A DNA stretch of 64,000 nucleotides from Hyphomicrobiales bacterium (GCA_039973685.1 JBDWKL010000037.1:11942-75941), one strand, 5' to 3'. Counted from the first letter of the stretch, positions 29,278 to 41,231 are shown. Program-made: numbers and translations. The notes: generated by a model from the letters alone, not told the origin.

Positions 29278-30459
29278 ATGAATAGCATGCAAACTTACAT
29301 ATTCTGGCGAGCCTCTCGTGCGTTTTTTCTTGCCCTAACCGTTTTAATCGGGATTGTTTGGATAACGCAGGCTTTAGAGCAGCTCGAATTGATAACCAAC
29401 AAGGGCCAGAGCTTTCTTATTTTCTTGCAGATAACGTGGTTGGTTCTGCCGAAGTTTATATCCTTTATCGCGCCAGTTGCTGTGTTAATCGCCGCAATTT
29501 ACACCCTGAACTCGCTGAATAATGATTCCGAGCTTGTCATCGTCACCAATTCTGGCGCGACACCTTTTACTATTTTAAAACCGATTCTGTTTCTGGCGAT
29601 TTTGATTGCTGTGGTGGATAGTTCTGTCTCGCATTATTTCTCACCAAATGCCCGACGTGAGATTCGTGTGTTTTTCACCGAAATAAATTCAGATCTAATA
29701 TCAAGCGTTATCAAACCAGGCGAATTTGCCAGCATCAATAACGGGATCACCTTTTACGTCGGCGCGCGTGATGCCAATGGCATTTTCAATGATGTTGTCG
29801 TGAATGATAATCGCGAAGAAGAACAAACCCTCACTTATCTGGCAAAACACGGTGCGATCACACGGACAACAGAAGGCACTTTCTTCGTGCTGCAAGATGG
29901 AACAATCCATCGTCGTCCCAAAGAAAGAGATTCTATCTCGATCATTGATTACTCGTCTTATGCCTTTGACCTATCGACATTTGAGCGGCGAGTGCCCAAT
30001 GAGCTTCGCTTCAAAAAGCCATCAGAGAACTTCACGCCGTACCTGTTTAAGGTCGACAGTAGGAATGACAATTTCGTCAAATCACCTAGTAAGTTCTATG
30101 CTGAACTTCACAATCGGTTTGCATCCCCTTTTTACTCCATCGCTTATGTGATGATTGTGTTTTTCTTTCTAGGAACTGCGCAAAGCACCAGACAAGGGCG
30201 TGGTTTTGCGGTCCTCAGTGCGCTTTTAACTGTGCTGGCTCTTAGAGGGGGCGGGTTCATGGTTCAAAGTGGTGCGAAAGCCAACACTCTCCTTAATTTT
30301 GTTCAATATTTGCTTCCGCTAGGTACCATTGCCATTTGCACCTTGTTGATTGCCCGCAATGTAGAACCGCGTGGCTTGCAAGCGCTTGGCTTTAAATTGG
30401 AGCAATTCTGCAATTCTTTACGCCGGCTGCGCCCAGGCTCCAATGTTGGGGGGTCATAA
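29278..30459 (+). CDS. lptF: LPS export ABC transporter permease LptF
   Basis: YjgP/Q topology (3 TM, periplasmic domain, 3 TM) with DSEL and ELHNRF; first gene of lptFGD. Start uncertain (29275, 29278 or 29287). Confidence 0.9.
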   Translation: MNSMQTYIFWRASRAFFLALTVLIGIVWITQALEQLELITNKGQSFLIFLQITWLVLPKFISFIAPVAVLIAAIYTLNSLNNDSELVIVTNSGATPFTILKPILFLAILIAVVDSSVSHYFSPNARREIRVFFTEINSDLISSVIKPGEFASINNGITFYVGARDANGIFNDVVVNDNREEEQTLTYLAKHGAITRTTEGTFFVLQDGTIHRRPKERDSISIIDYSSYAFDLSTFERRVPNELRFKKPSENFTPYLFKVDSRNDNFVKSPSKFYAELHNRFASPFYSIAYVMIVFFFLGTAQSTRQGRGFAVLSALLTVLALRGGGFMVQSGAKANTLLNFVQYLLPLGTIAICTLLIARNVEPRGLQALGFKLEQFCNSLRRLRPGSNVGGS

Positions 30460-31565
30460 TGGTATTTAGATTATCATCATCCCCAACACTCCACTGCTAT
30501 TTTGCATGGATTTTTCTCAAAGCGATCTTGCAGATCATTTTGTTCATTTCCGTGTTGGTTTTTCTAATCGATTTCACTGAGATGCTCCGACGCACATCCA
30601 GCCTACCGGATGTATCGACGAGCACGGTGATGTTTTTATCGCTCATCAGAACACCATCCATCATGCAGCAAATTCTCCCCTTTGCTGTTTTAATTGGTGC
30701 CATGGGGTCATTGTTCGTATTGTCAAAGCGCCTAGAACTCGTGGTCGCGCGCGGTGCTGGTGTGTCTGTTTGGCAGTTTATGTTGCCTGGTTTTATTGTT
30801 GCAGCCGCATTTGGTGCCTTTGCGACAACTGTGTTTAATCCGGGGGTTGGCTACCTCAATGAAAAAGCGCGTGTGCTTGAAGGAAGTGTGTTCAACCGTG
30901 ACGCAAAACTCCTAACTGGCAGAGAGAGTTCTGTTTGGCTTAGAAAAGCAGGCCGAAGTGAAGATATTATACTGGGCGCTGCGAGTGCTTTAAGCGATGG
31001 ATCCGAGCTAATCGGCGTCACTATGATTCGCCTTAACAAACGCGGCGGATTGATCCAGAGAATCGACGCAGATAGTGCTCAACTCGACCATGATCAATGG
31101 ACGCTCGGCAATGCGACTGTTACCGGCTTAAAATCTCAACAAAAGAAATTAGACCGCTATTTCCTACAATTGGACCTTACTGCAGAAGAAGTAAGAGATG
31201 GTTTTTCCAAATCTACGCAGCGTTCTTTCTGGTCTTTACCTGAATTGATAGAGAAAGCACGCAATGCAGATTTACCTACAAATAGCTATAGTTTGCAGTT
31301 TAACACCTTGCTAGCACAGCCATTTTTCTTTATGGCCATGATGGTAATAGCCGCGACGGTATCGCTTAGATTTATTCGAAGTGGTAACATAAGCGGATTG
31401 GTCTCTGCAGGGATCACAGCAGGCTTTGTGCTTTATGTGATGCGTTCGCTTGCAGAAGACTTGGGGAGTACAGGCGTGGTGCAACCAGTTTTAGCAGCTT
31501 GGTTGCCTACGTTATTAGCGTTGGTAGTAGGATTTACAATGTTATTGCATCAGGAGGACGGCTAG
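30459..31565 (+). CDS. lptG: LPS export ABC transporter permease LptG
   Basis: LELVVARGAGVSVWQ, AAWLP and C-terminal LLHQEDG. Confidence 0.92.
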   Translation: MVFRLSSSPTLHCYFAWIFLKAILQIILFISVLVFLIDFTEMLRRTSSLPDVSTSTVMFLSLIRTPSIMQQILPFAVLIGAMGSLFVLSKRLELVVARGAGVSVWQFMLPGFIVAAAFGAFATTVFNPGVGYLNEKARVLEGSVFNRDAKLLTGRESSVWLRKAGRSEDIILGAASALSDGSELIGVTMIRLNKRGGLIQRIDADSAQLDHDQWTLGNATVTGLKSQQKKLDRYFLQLDLTAEEVRDGFSKSTQRSFWSLPELIEKARNADLPTNSYSLQFNTLLAQPFFFMAMMVIAATVSLRFIRSGNISGLVSAGITAGFVLYVMRSLAEDLGSTGVVQPVLAAWLPTLLALVVGFTMLLHQEDG

Positions 31566-31566
31566 T

Positions 31567-33888
31567 TTGACGCGGTTCTCTAGTTTCAATGAGCGTCTTT
31601 CGCCTCTTTATCGCGCAACGCAAAATTGCGTGCGCGGCCTCGCTATAGGTACGACCTTACTTGTTAGCGCATCAACACTTCCAACCACCCTCGCCCATGC
31701 ACAATCTTCATTCAACAATATTGGTGGCGATCTGCGCACTGAAGAAGAGCGCTTGCTGCTGGATGCAGATACGCTAACATTTGATACCAACCGAGACGTT
31801 GTGACCGTGTCGGGTGATGTACAAATTTTCTTCGCAGGAAATTCGCTAGAAGCTGACAGTGTGGTTTATGACCGTAAGGCTGGAACCCTAAAAGCTGTTG
31901 GCAAGGTACGCCTGATAGAAGTGGGCGGGAATTCCATTCGAAGCGAAGAAGTTGAGCTGAGCGAAGACTTTAAAAACGGCTTCGTTAAATCTCTTCAAAT
32001 CGAAACGATTGATGAAACGTATTTTGCTGCTGCAAGCGGTGAGTTCGTTGATGGTAATAAAACTGTTTTGAAGAACGGTGTTTATTCGGTTTGTGCTGTG
32101 TGTCGGGTGAAACCTGGGCGCATTCCAACATGGCGGATCAAAGCCGAGGAAATCATCATTGATGATGTCTCGCATCGCATCCGATACAAAAAAGCAAGTT
32201 TCGAATTCTTGGGTGTTCCGGTCGCCTACCTCCCCGCTTTCTCCCATGTTGATCCTAGGGTTAAACAAAAGACAGGGATTTTAGGCCCACACTTTCTACA
32301 AGATTCTGACCTCGGCATTGGGTTTGGTATTCCGATCTATTATGCCGTGGATGAAAGCCGTGACCTGACCTTCACACCGACCTATTTGACCAAACAGGGT
32401 TTGCTCGGTGAAATTGAATGGCGACAAAGAACAGCAAGAGGCGCCTATACTTTACATTTAGCTGGCATTGATCAGCAGGATCCTGATGAGTTTTCTGGCG
32501 AATCTGGTGAGCAGTCTTTCAGGGGCGGCTTGAGAACAACTGGTAGCTTCGACATTGCCTCGCAATGGAATGCTGGCTGGGATATTCTTGCTTTAACAGA
32601 TAGAACTTTCGCAGAAGATTATGAACGCCTAACCTCACGCGTTGACCGTTTCACATCAAACGTCAATTTGACAGGTCTTGGCAAAACAAATCATTTCGAT
32701 GCGCGCGGCTTGTTTTTCAACATCCTTGATGACGACGATGGGATCACCGGAAACCTGCAATCACAACAAGCAATCGTTCACCCATCGATTGATTATGATG
32801 GCATCATCGATAAAGCTATCGTCGGTGGGCAAGTTTCATTTGCCACCAACGTCACAGCGCTTAGTCGTGCAGATGAAGACGTCAATGTCATAAATGGCCA
32901 AAACTTTCTCGATGGAGCATCAGGCACACAAGGACGTGCTTCAGCAGAAGTTGAGTGGAAACGCCGCTTCATTGCAAAGGGCGGCCATGTCTTAACCCCA
33001 TTGCTTGCTGTGCGTGGCGATGTGCAAGCGTTCAGCCAAACAGAAGCGGGTATTACAGGCGTTTCTGGTGAGGACCAAGTAGCGCGTGGACAAGTAACAG
33101 CTGGCTTAGAATGGCGTTATCCCGTTCTAATCACACAGGGCAACACCTCTCATATTTTTGAACCAATCACCCAAATATTCGCAAGCCCGAATGAGCAACA
33201 GATTGATCGCTTCCTCAATGAGGATTCACAAACTTTGGTGCTCGATGACACCAACATTTTCTCCCGCGACCGATTTGCAGGCTTCGACAGAGCTGAAGGT
33301 GGTGTGCGAACAAATATTGGGTTTACCCACAAAACACAATGGAATGACTGGTTCAAGACTGATGTTCTGGTTGGTCAATCCTTCCACCTAGCAGGCACAA
33401 ATTCCTTTTCAGAACAAGGCATTGCCAGCCTTGAAACTGAAAATGGGCTACAAGAAGACCGCTCAGATTTGGTTGCACGCATTGCAGCAACCGCTGTCGA
33501 CCAATTCAGCCTAGTTGGACGAATTCGGGTTGATAACGATTATGCAGATATCAACCGTGGCGATATTAGCGCAGTTTATTACTCTGACATTTTGTCATTG
33601 AATGCTGGCTATACCTTCGTCAAAGAACAAGAGGTCGACGATCTGCCTCGTAGTTCTCAAGCGAATGGAGGCTTTTCCTTCAAAGCGCACGAATATTGGA
33701 CGGTCTTTGGCGACGCACGCTACGACTTTGATGACAATCGATTTGTAAACAACCGCTTTGGATTAACCTTTGACGACAAGCAATTGAGAGTTTCTCTCGC
33801 CTATGTTCGAGATTTTGACGAACAAGGGGATCTCGACGAAGAGGGAATTGAATTCAGTATAAACTTTAGAACATTGGGTGGCTTCTAA
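31567..33888 (+). CDS. lptD: LPS-assembly protein LptD
   Basis: N-terminal OstA-like domain, YSVC..C, PTWRIKA, EPITQ and DRFAGFDRAEGG; beta-barrel-type C-terminus. Confidence 0.92.
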   Translation: MTRFSSFNERLSPLYRATQNCVRGLAIGTTLLVSASTLPTTLAHAQSSFNNIGGDLRTEEERLLLDADTLTFDTNRDVVTVSGDVQIFFAGNSLEADSVVYDRKAGTLKAVGKVRLIEVGGNSIRSEEVELSEDFKNGFVKSLQIETIDETYFAAASGEFVDGNKTVLKNGVYSVCAVCRVKPGRIPTWRIKAEEIIIDDVSHRIRYKKASFEFLGVPVAYLPAFSHVDPRVKQKTGILGPHFLQDSDLGIGFGIPIYYAVDESRDLTFTPTYLTKQGLLGEIEWRQRTARGAYTLHLAGIDQQDPDEFSGESGEQSFRGGLRTTGSFDIASQWNAGWDILALTDRTFAEDYERLTSRVDRFTSNVNLTGLGKTNHFDARGLFFNILDDDDGITGNLQSQQAIVHPSIDYDGIIDKAIVGGQVSFATNVTALSRADEDVNVINGQNFLDGASGTQGRASAEVEWKRRFIAKGGHVLTPLLAVRGDVQAFSQTEAGITGVSGEDQVARGQVTAGLEWRYPVLITQGNTSHIFEPITQIFASPNEQQIDRFLNEDSQTLVLDDTNIFSRDRFAGFDRAEGGVRTNIGFTHKTQWNDWFKTDVLVGQSFHLAGTNSFSEQGIASLETENGLQEDRSDLVARIAATAVDQFSLVGRIRVDNDYADINRGDISAVYYSDILSLNAGYTFVKEQEVDDLPRSSQANGGFSFKAHEYWTVFGDARYDFDDNRFVNNRFGLTFDDKQLRVSLAYVRDFDEQGDLDEEGIEFSINFRTLGGF

Positions 33889-34039
33889 GAAAGAAGCAGT
33901 TTGCTGTCACACTCTTGTTAGAAGACATCAAGAACCTGTGTTCGCTAAAATAACGACGTATTTTGCAAACAAATGACAAATTTGTAAGATGTACTAGGAT
34001 GAACCACCAACGGCGAATTTTTGAAAAGGCTTGAAGACC

Positions 34040-34999
34040 ATGTTGGAGCTGATTGTGAGAACGCGAAACTTCCTTGTAAGAGGGCTTGTTCTTGTTGCTA
34101 TTATTTTTTCCATTAACACAACTGCGAACGCTCAAACACGGATCGCCGTTGCTGTAAATAATGGTGTCGTGACGACCAATCAAATCACACAACGCGCTCG
34201 CTTTTTGAGACTGACCGGTTTTAAAGGTGACACACGCAAAGAAGCACAACGCCAACTTGTAGACGAAGAATTGCAATTCCAAGAAGCCAAGCGGATTAAC
34301 TTTTCAGTCCCTGACAGTGCGGTAAATGACGCATTTGCCAATATTGCTAAAGGCAATAGGCTAAGTGCAAATCAGTTTGAATCTGCTTTGCGTCAACAAA
34401 GCATCAATCCGTCCACCTTTAAACGGTTCATCAGAGGGCGGATTTTATGGCAGCAAATCGTTGTAGCCCGCGCGCGCCAACAAGGTCGCCGCCCACAGGC
34501 AGAGACCGACATCACCTCTATTTTGTTCAATAGAGCCAATGGTGGCAAAAACCGTACAGTCAAAGAATACACCGTTGAACAAATTATCTTTGTGGTCAAA
34601 AAAGGCGCATCGAAAAACGTCTTTTCACAACGTCGCCGCGAAATTGAAGCGTTTAGAAATCAAAACAAATCATGTCAGGCCGCATCAGACGCCGCAGTTC
34701 GGTTAGCTTCAAGTGGCGTGATCATGAGGCAGCTTGGTCGTTTCACCTCTGATACACTTCCAGACAACATCCGCGAAGATGTGCTTAATGCCAATGGCCA
34801 ACTATTCTCTTCACCGAAGCAAGGTGAGTCTGGCGTTGGTATTTTGGCAATCTGTAATGTTCGCGATATCGTTGATAACACAGTGCCAAAAGAAGGCTTA
34901 AATGTGGATGTTGGCAAATTCGATTCGAAAGATCTGCAAAGAAAATCTGACAAGTGGATGGGCCAATTACGCAAGCAGGCAAAGATTGTTGTCCGCTAA
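34040..34999 (+). CDS. surA: SurA-like periplasmic chaperone
   Basis: Signal peptide, VAVNNGVVT..I..R N-domain and a degenerate parvulin region; lies between lptD and pdxA. Confidence 0.82.
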   Translation: MLELIVRTRNFLVRGLVLVAIIFSINTTANAQTRIAVAVNNGVVTTNQITQRARFLRLTGFKGDTRKEAQRQLVDEELQFQEAKRINFSVPDSAVNDAFANIAKGNRLSANQFESALRQQSINPSTFKRFIRGRILWQQIVVARARQQGRRPQAETDITSILFNRANGGKNRTVKEYTVEQIIFVVKKGASKNVFSQRRREIEAFRNQNKSCQAASDAAVRLASSGVIMRQLGRFTSDTLPDNIREDVLNANGQLFSSPKQGESGVGILAICNVRDIVDNTVPKEGLNVDVGKFDSKDLQRKSDKWMGQLRKQAKIVVR

Positions 35000-35031
35000 A
35001 AGTCATTGAGACAAAAGGGATGGCTTGAGCC

Positions 35032-36072
35032 ATGAGCCATTCTTTGGACAAGCCTGTCTTATTGACGATCGGTGAACCCGCAGGCATTGGCCCTGAACTA
35101 GCTGTAAAGCTCTGGGCAGAACAAAAAACTCATTCAGTTCCACCTTTTGTGCTGATGACTGACCCTGCTTTTATTGAAAGCCGCGCCCGCCTGCTTGGCA
35201 CTGACATAACCATCCAACAATGGGATGAAAATTGGTCTGCCTCAACGCTAAAACAGGCTTTTTCTGAAACCCTCCTCTTTCATCCGCTACAGCACAGCAT
35301 CGAAGATGCCCCGACCCAACTACGCGCTCAAAATAGCCCTGCGGTAATTGAAGCGATTGAAACGGCGGTTGGATTAATCCAGCAAGGTCGCGCAGGCGCT
35401 GTTGTTACAAATCCAATTAACAAGAATGCGCTTTATGAAGCAGGGTTTAAACATCCAGGCCATACTGAGTTTTTGGGCGAGCTTGCCAAACTATGGGGCA
35501 ACACCTACCGCCCTGTTATGATGTTAGCGGGGCCTGAACTACGAACAGTGCCTGCAACCCTTCATATCCCGCTTAAAGACGTGCCAAGCGCACTTAATAC
35601 CCAAGAGCTTACCGAGTTGATGATGATCACGGCACGGGAACTTAAAAACCGTTTTGCCATCGCCTCACCGCGCATTGCTGTCACTGGACTAAACCCACAT
35701 GCGGGCGAAGAAGGCACGATGGGGAGTGAAGACCGCGACATTATCTTGCCTGCGATCAAGGCAGCCCAAGAAGCAGGCATAACGGTCAGCGGACCGCATC
35801 CAGCCGACACCTTGTTTTATGCCCAAAAGCGCAAAACCTATGATGCGGTGATCGCCATGTATCACGATCAAGCCTTACTGCCTGTAAAAACGATTGCCTT
35901 TGATGAAACTGTCAATGTAACCCTTGGTCTTCCCTTTATTAGAACATCGCCAGATCACGGCACCGCCTTAGACATTGCTGGCAAAGGTATTGCACGGCCT
36001 GATAGTCTGTTGGCAGCCCTAAAAATGGCCAGCGAAATGGCTGAACACGCGGCAGAATCGAAAATATCATGA
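35032..36072 (+). CDS. pdxA: 4-hydroxythreonine-4-phosphate dehydrogenase
   Basis: [27 protein letters not shown] and RTSPDHGTA motifs. Confidence 0.97.
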   Translation: MSHSLDKPVLLTIGEPAGIGPELAVKLWAEQKTHSVPPFVLMTDPAFIESRARLLGTDITIQQWDENWSASTLKQAFSETLLFHPLQHSIEDAPTQLRAQNSPAVIEAIETAVGLIQQGRAGAVVTNPINKNALYEAGFKHPGHTEFLGELAKLWGNTYRPVMMLAGPELRTVPATLHIPLKDVPSALNTQELTELMMITARELKNRFAIASPRIAVTGLNPHAGEEGTMGSEDRDIILPAIKAAQEAGITVSGPHPADTLFYAQKRKTYDAVIAMYHDQALLPVKTIAFDETVNVTLGLPFIRTSPDHGTALDIAGKGIARPDSLLAALKMASEMAEHAAESKIS

Positions 36073-36905
36073 GTACAATCGACAATCTCCCCCCTCTCCG
36101 CGACGTTATTCACCGCTATGAACTCAATGCGAAAAAGTCATTGGGGCAGAACTTCATTCTCGATCTCAACATCACCACGAAGATCGCCAAGACTGCTGGA
36201 CAGCTTGAAGGTCATCATGTGATCGAAGTTGGTCCGGGGCCTGGTGGTCTAACCCGCGCTATTTTAGCAGCAGGGGCCGACCATTTAACCGTGATCGAAC
36301 GCGACCAACGTTGCATCAGTGCGCTGAAAGATATTCAAGCAGCCTATCCCGACCGAATGACTATTTTGGAAGAAGATGCCTTGCGGGTCGATTATAAGCT
36401 TTTAGAAAAAGATAGCCTACCAACCAAGCTAATTGCCAACCTGCCCTATAACATCGCCACACCCTTGTTGATTGGCTGGCTAACATCCGATAACTGGCCG
36501 CCGTTTTATGAGAGCCTCACATTGATGTTCCAGCGCGAAGTGGCCGAGCGCATTGTCGCCGAATCGGGCGAAAAACATTATGGACGCCTCGGCGTTATGG
36601 CCGGATGGCGCACCCACGCAAATATTATGTTCGATCTTGGGCCTGAAGTTTTCACCCCACCGCCTAAAGTAACGTCCAGCGTGGTCCACTTAAGCCCAAA
36701 AGCTAAGCCTCTGCCCTGTGAAATCGGCAATTTAGAACGCATCACGGCTGCAGCCTTTCAACAAAGGCGCAAAATGCTGCGGGCAAGTTTGAAGAGTGTG
36801 TTTGATGACCCGATCAAAACACTGGAAGATCGCGGCATTGACCCAACCGCACGGGCGGAAACCCTTAGCATTGAAGAGTTTATCGCTTTAGCTAATGCTC
36901 TTTAA
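36069..36905 (+). CDS. rsmA: 16S rRNA dimethyladenosine transferase
   Basis: [25 protein letters not shown] and FTPPPKVTS motifs. Confidence 0.97.
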   Translation: MSTIDNLPPLRDVIHRYELNAKKSLGQNFILDLNITTKIAKTAGQLEGHHVIEVGPGPGGLTRAILAAGADHLTVIERDQRCISALKDIQAAYPDRMTILEEDALRVDYKLLEKDSLPTKLIANLPYNIATPLLIGWLTSDNWPPFYESLTLMFQREVAERIVAESGEKHYGRLGVMAGWRTHANIMFDLGPEVFTPPPKVTSSVVHLSPKAKPLPCEIGNLERITAAAFQQRRKMLRASLKSVFDDPIKTLEDRGIDPTARAETLSIEEFIALANAL

Positions 36906-37570
36906 GACGTTTCTTTAATAAGGTCTTCGTGCAAGGTTTTGGCCAAAGCACTATGGGCGCCTTGCCTGCGTTGGCGCATGCGCTCAGCGGTCAATATAGA
37001 TTTGACCTCGTTAAATGCTTTCTCCAACTCTTCGTTGACCACCAAATATTCGTAATCTGGCCACGCCTCAAGCTCACTAACAGCTGTTTTCATGCGGCGT
37101 AAGATGACCTCATCAGAATCCTCCGCCCGCCGTTTCAAGCGTGATTTCATTTCTGCAATTGAAGGCGGCAAAATGAAAATGGTCGCCACATCTTCCGGCA
37201 TCTTCTCATTGATTTGGTAAGTGCCTTGAACATCAATATCGAACAAGACGTCAGTTCCAGCTTGAAGCTTTTCCTCAACGAATTGTCGCGGTGTGCCGTA
37301 ATAATTGCCGTGGACCTCAGCCCATTCTAGCAACTCTTCATGCTCGACCATTTTCTCAAACTGTTCGCGGGTTCTGAAGTGATAGTGCACGCCATCGACT
37401 TCACTAGAACGTTTCTCGCGCGTTGTAACGGAGACGGAAAGATCGAGGTTGTCGTCCTCATTCAGTAAAAGCTGTGCGATCGTAGACTTGCCCGCTCCTG
37501 ATGGCGAGGAGAGTACGAACATTAGCCCTCTTCGGTTTGCAGTTGGGGTGTTATTCTTGTCGCCGGCCAT
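36902..37570 (-). CDS. gmk: Guanylate kinase
   Basis: [24 protein letters not shown] and GNYYGT motifs. Confidence 0.97.
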   Translation of the reverse strand: MAGDKNNTPTANRRGLMFVLSSPSGAGKSTIAQLLLNEDDNLDLSVSVTTREKRSSEVDGVHYHFRTREQFEKMVEHEELLEWAEVHGNYYGTPRQFVEEKLQAGTDVLFDIDVQGTYQINEKMPEDVATIFILPPSIAEMKSRLKRRAEDSDEVILRRMKTAVSELEAWPDYEYLVVNEELEKAFNEVKSILTAERMRQRRQGAHSALAKTLHEDLIKETS

Positions 37571-37575
37571 TTGGT

Positions 37576-38475
37576 CTATTCCACGTTTTGAATTTGTTCG
37601 CGAAATTGGTCGATTGCTGCTTTAAGAGCAAGTCCAATATTGGTTATCGCCACATCATTAGCCTTGCTGCACAGCGTATTCGCTTCACGGCCAAATTCTT
37701 GCGATAGAAAATCAAGACGGCGACCCACAGGCTCATCCAATTTGAAGAACGAACGAGCTGCTTCAACATGAACAAGCAGTCTGTCGATTTCCTCTTTAAT
37801 ATCAGCTTTAGCTGCCATCATAAGCGCTTCTTGGTGCAAGCGCTCTTCGCTTAGGCCGTGATCACTTTCGATAAGATCAGACAGTTGGGCCTGCAATTTT
37901 GCAGAAATAGCTTCTGGTGCGCGCTCTGGGGCGTTTTGAGCAGCATTTGAGAGTGTTTCGATCTCGTGCACCACATCGACCAAAACAGCTTCTAGAGCCT
38001 GCCCTTCTCCTTTGCGAGAGACAACCAAATTATCAAGCAACACATCGAAATCAGCAACAACGGCTTGTTCCAGTGTTTTGAGGTCATCAGAACCGAGGCT
38101 CGTCGTGTCTGATTCCACCATACCTTTGATAGCAATCAGGCCATCGAACGTAATCGGCGCGATACCATGTGATTTTGATGCTTTTTCTGACGCTGCAAGC
38201 ACCGTCTTCATCATGTCTTCGTTTAAGGAAAGACTTTGCTCGTTACCATCATGCTCAAGCGAAAGGCTTGCTTGCAAATTGCCGCGGGTAATTCTTTTAC
38301 CCAGCAGCTTGCGCACTGCCGGTTCGCAGCTTTGGAGCAAATGCGGCAAACGCAAGCGCATGTCGAGCGCCTTGCCGTTTACAGCCTTAATTTCCCACGT
38401 CCATTGATAGACTTGTCCAGCCACCTCTAACGTGCCTTCGCGGCTTGCAAAGCCAGTCATACTTTTCAGTGCCAT
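37576..38475 (-). CDS. yicC: YicC/YloC family endoribonuclease
   Basis: SMTGFA, EIKAVN, GRRLDFL.QE..REANT and C-terminal REQIQNVE. Confidence 0.95.
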   Translation of the reverse strand: MALKSMTGFASREGTLEVAGQVYQWTWEIKAVNGKALDMRLRLPHLLQSCEPAVRKLLGKRITRGNLQASLSLEHDGNEQSLSLNEDMMKTVLAASEKASKSHGIAPITFDGLIAIKGMVESDTTSLGSDDLKTLEQAVVADFDVLLDNLVVSRKGEGQALEAVLVDVVHEIETLSNAAQNAPERAPEAISAKLQAQLSDLIESDHGLSEERLHQEALMMAAKADIKEEIDRLLVHVEAARSFFKLDEPVGRRLDFLSQEFGREANTLCSKANDVAITNIGLALKAAIDQFREQIQNVE

Positions 38476-38550
38476 AAAACATCAGCCCCTGTTGGCATTC
38501 TCATTACGACTTTAATAAACCGAGAATCACAAAATGCCAATTGAGCTTGA

Positions 38551-39714
38551 TTAGTTAGACGATGTTTCGCCTTCTTCTTTTTTGCCAGCCTTACGGTCAG
38601 CCTCAATACGGCGCCAACGTTTCACGTTGTTATTGTGCTCTTCCAACGTCTTAGCGAATGCATGACCGCCGGATCCGTCTGCCACGAAGAAAATATCATC
38701 GGTGCGTGATGGATTGGCGACAGCTTCCATCGCAGCAAGACCAGGATTGGTGATGGGTCCAGGCGGCAAGGCATCAATCGTGTAGGTATTGTATGGCGTT
38801 GGCTTAGCAATATCTGATTTATAGATCGGGCGATCCTTTGGCTTTCCCGCGCCACCAAACAAACCATAAATAATCGTCGGGTCGGATTGTAGTTTCATGC
38901 CACGGTTCAAACGATTGATGAAAACGCTGGCAACACGGCTACGCTCATCTGCTTGTCCAGTTTCTTTTTCGACGATAGAGGCAAGAGTGACAAGTTCGCT
39001 TGGTGATTTGATCGGTAAATCAGCAACGCGGTTTTCCCAGATGCGTTTAAGAGCCACCTCTTGCGATCGTTTCATCCGGTCGATCACTTGTTGGCGCGTG
39101 GTGCCACGGCCAAAAGAATATGTGTTCGGCAAAAGCGACCCTTCTTCCGGCACTTCAGTAACGTCACCCACCAAAACTTCATCTCTACGAAGAACTTCAA
39201 CGATCTGTTGCGAGCTCAAACCTTCTGGCAGGGTTACTTTGTAGACCAGAGCCTTACCTTCAACCAACTTATCCACTACAGACTGCATAGTGGCGCCTTG
39301 CTCAAACAAATATTCGCCATGCTTGAGAGCGTTTTGCTGTTTTTGGAATCGTACACTTGCTTGAAACAAAATCGGGCTTGTAATCACATTGGCGCGCTCA
39401 AGGCTGCTTGCAATACCTGAAAGACCTGCTCCCTTAGGCACAGTCACTTTGCGTGGCTTCTCCAAAGGACCTTCCGCGATATATTGTTTACTTCCCCAGT
39501 AGAACAAACCAGCAGCGGCAATTAAGCCTAGGACTGCAAACGAGAAAAAGAAATTCAAGATGACCACGAAAAAATTCTTACGATGACGAGAGCGTTTAGG
39601 CGCTTTCGGCGGCGTTTGTGCGCGCATCACATCCTTTGGGCTTTTGGGACTGACAGGCCCACCAGACGGTATTGTTCTCGCAGATTCATCTGACTCATTG
39701 GTCGTTTCAGACAT
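38551..39714 (-). CDS. mltG: Endolytic transglycosylase MltG
   Basis: Single TM segment; LASIVEKET, LQSDPT, YNTY..LPPGPI and GGHAFA motifs. Confidence 0.96.
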   Translation of the reverse strand: MSETTNESDESARTIPSGGPVSPKSPKDVMRAQTPPKAPKRSRHRKNFFVVILNFFFSFAVLGLIAAAGLFYWGSKQYIAEGPLEKPRKVTVPKGAGLSGIASSLERANVITSPILFQASVRFQKQQNALKHGEYLFEQGATMQSVVDKLVEGKALVYKVTLPEGLSSQQIVEVLRRDEVLVGDVTEVPEEGSLLPNTYSFGRGTTRQQVIDRMKRSQEVALKRIWENRVADLPIKSPSELVTLASIVEKETGQADERSRVASVFINRLNRGMKLQSDPTIIYGLFGGAGKPKDRPIYKSDIAKPTPYNTYTIDALPPGPITNPGLAAMEAVANPSRTDDIFFVADGSGGHAFAKTLEEHNNNVKRWRRIEADRKAGKKEEGETSSN

Positions 39715-39874
39715 TTAGTGAATTACCTCTTCACGCGCCCTTTGGGCAAATACTATTATCAAATACCCCAAAATCAGATCCACCCGAATCTTGAAGCATT
39801 GTATTGTCAGTAGCATATGAACTGTAACAAAATGGCGAAACCACGAACAACCAACAAATTTTTAGGCTAAAGCT

Positions 39875-41140
39875 TTAATCTTTAAATCTGCGCAACACCA
39901 ACGATGCATTGGTTCCACCGAAACCAAAAGAATTGGATAGCGCAATATCAATATTCATCTCTTTTGCTGTGTGAGGCACTAAATCAATACCTGTTTCCAC
40001 AGACGGGTTGTCTAAATTCAATGTTGGCGGCGCCACTTGGTCGCGAATGGCGAGGGTTGTGAAGATTGCTTCCACGGCCCCTGCTGCACCCAATAGGTGT
40101 CCAATCGCCGACTTAGTGGACGACATAGCAAGCGTTTCACTTCCCTGCCCGACCAAACGTTCAGCTGCGCGCAATTCAATCTCATCACCCAGCGGCGTCG
40201 ATGTACCGTGAGCGTTGATATAATTGATGCTGGAAGGCTCGATGCCTGCCCGCTTACATGCTGCCGTCATACAGCGAAACGCGCCGTCGCCATCTTCTGC
40301 GGGCGCTGTAATGTGATGCGCATCGCCAGACATGCCGTAGCCAATCACTTCAGCGTAAATTTTGGCACCGCGTGCACGTGCATGTTCCAATTCTTCCAAG
40401 ACAACAACACCAGCACCATCGCCCATAACAAAACCATCGCGGTCCTTGTCATACGGTCTAGAACCAGATTTTGGATCATCGTTGAAATTTGTGGATAGCG
40501 CACGACAAGCAACAAAACCTGCAATACCAAGGCGACAAACACTTGATTCAGCACCACCTGCCACCATTACATCAGCATCCCCAAGCGCTACCATGCGCGA
40601 GGCATCACCAATAGCATGGGCGCCTGTAGAACAAGCCGTTACAACAGAATGGTTCGGCCCTTTAAGGCCATGTTCAATAGAAACATATCCACTGGCAAGA
40701 TTGATCAAACGACCGGGAATGAAAAAGGGGGATAAACGACGCGGTCCTTTTTCGTGGAGCGTCATCTCGCCTTCGCCGATACCTTCAAGGCCACCAACGC
40801 CAGAACCGATCATGACACCTGTTGCGCATTGATCTTCATGGGTCTCAGGCTTCCAGCCCGAATCCTTCAACGCTTGATTGGCAGCCCCAACAGCATAGAT
40901 GATAAACTTATCTACTTTGCGCTGCTCTTTTGGAACCATATAGTCATCAGGGTTGAATGTTCCATTCTCACCATCGCCAAATGGCACCTGACAAGCTATT
41001 TTACAAGCAAGATCGCTCACATCGAAATTTGAAATTACTTCTGCCGCATTTTCGGCATTTAACAATCTGGACCAACTATGCTCAGCACCATTGCCTAATG
41101 GTGTAACCGCACCCAGACCAGTAATGACAACACGTCGCAT
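39875..41140 (-). CDS. fabF: 3-oxoacyl-ACP synthase II
   Basis: TACSTGAH, NAHGTST, GHLLGAAG and NSFGFGG motifs. Confidence 0.98.
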   Translation of the reverse strand: MRRVVITGLGAVTPLGNGAEHSWSRLLNAENAAEVISNFDVSDLACKIACQVPFGDGENGTFNPDDYMVPKEQRKVDKFIIYAVGAANQALKDSGWKPETHEDQCATGVMIGSGVGGLEGIGEGEMTLHEKGPRRLSPFFIPGRLINLASGYVSIEHGLKGPNHSVVTACSTGAHAIGDASRMVALGDADVMVAGGAESSVCRLGIAGFVACRALSTNFNDDPKSGSRPYDKDRDGFVMGDGAGVVVLEELEHARARGAKIYAEVIGYGMSGDAHHITAPAEDGDGAFRCMTAACKRAGIEPSSINYINAHGTSTPLGDEIELRAAERLVGQGSETLAMSSTKSAIGHLLGAAGAVEAIFTTLAIRDQVAPPTLNLDNPSVETGIDLVPHTAKEMNIDIALSNSFGFGGTNASLVLRRFKD

Positions 41141-41199
41141 CTCATTTGTCCCCAGTATTTACTTGTGTTTCCGATCAAACATTTGCCACTTTAAACGAC

Positions 41200-41231
41200 A
41201 AAAGCCGACTTTCTTTAGCAAGAAAGCCGGC
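41200..41231 (-). terminator. Intrinsic terminator after acpP
   Basis: Minus strand reads GCCGGCTTTCT-TGCTAA-AGAAAGTCGGC-TTTT. Confidence 0.75.
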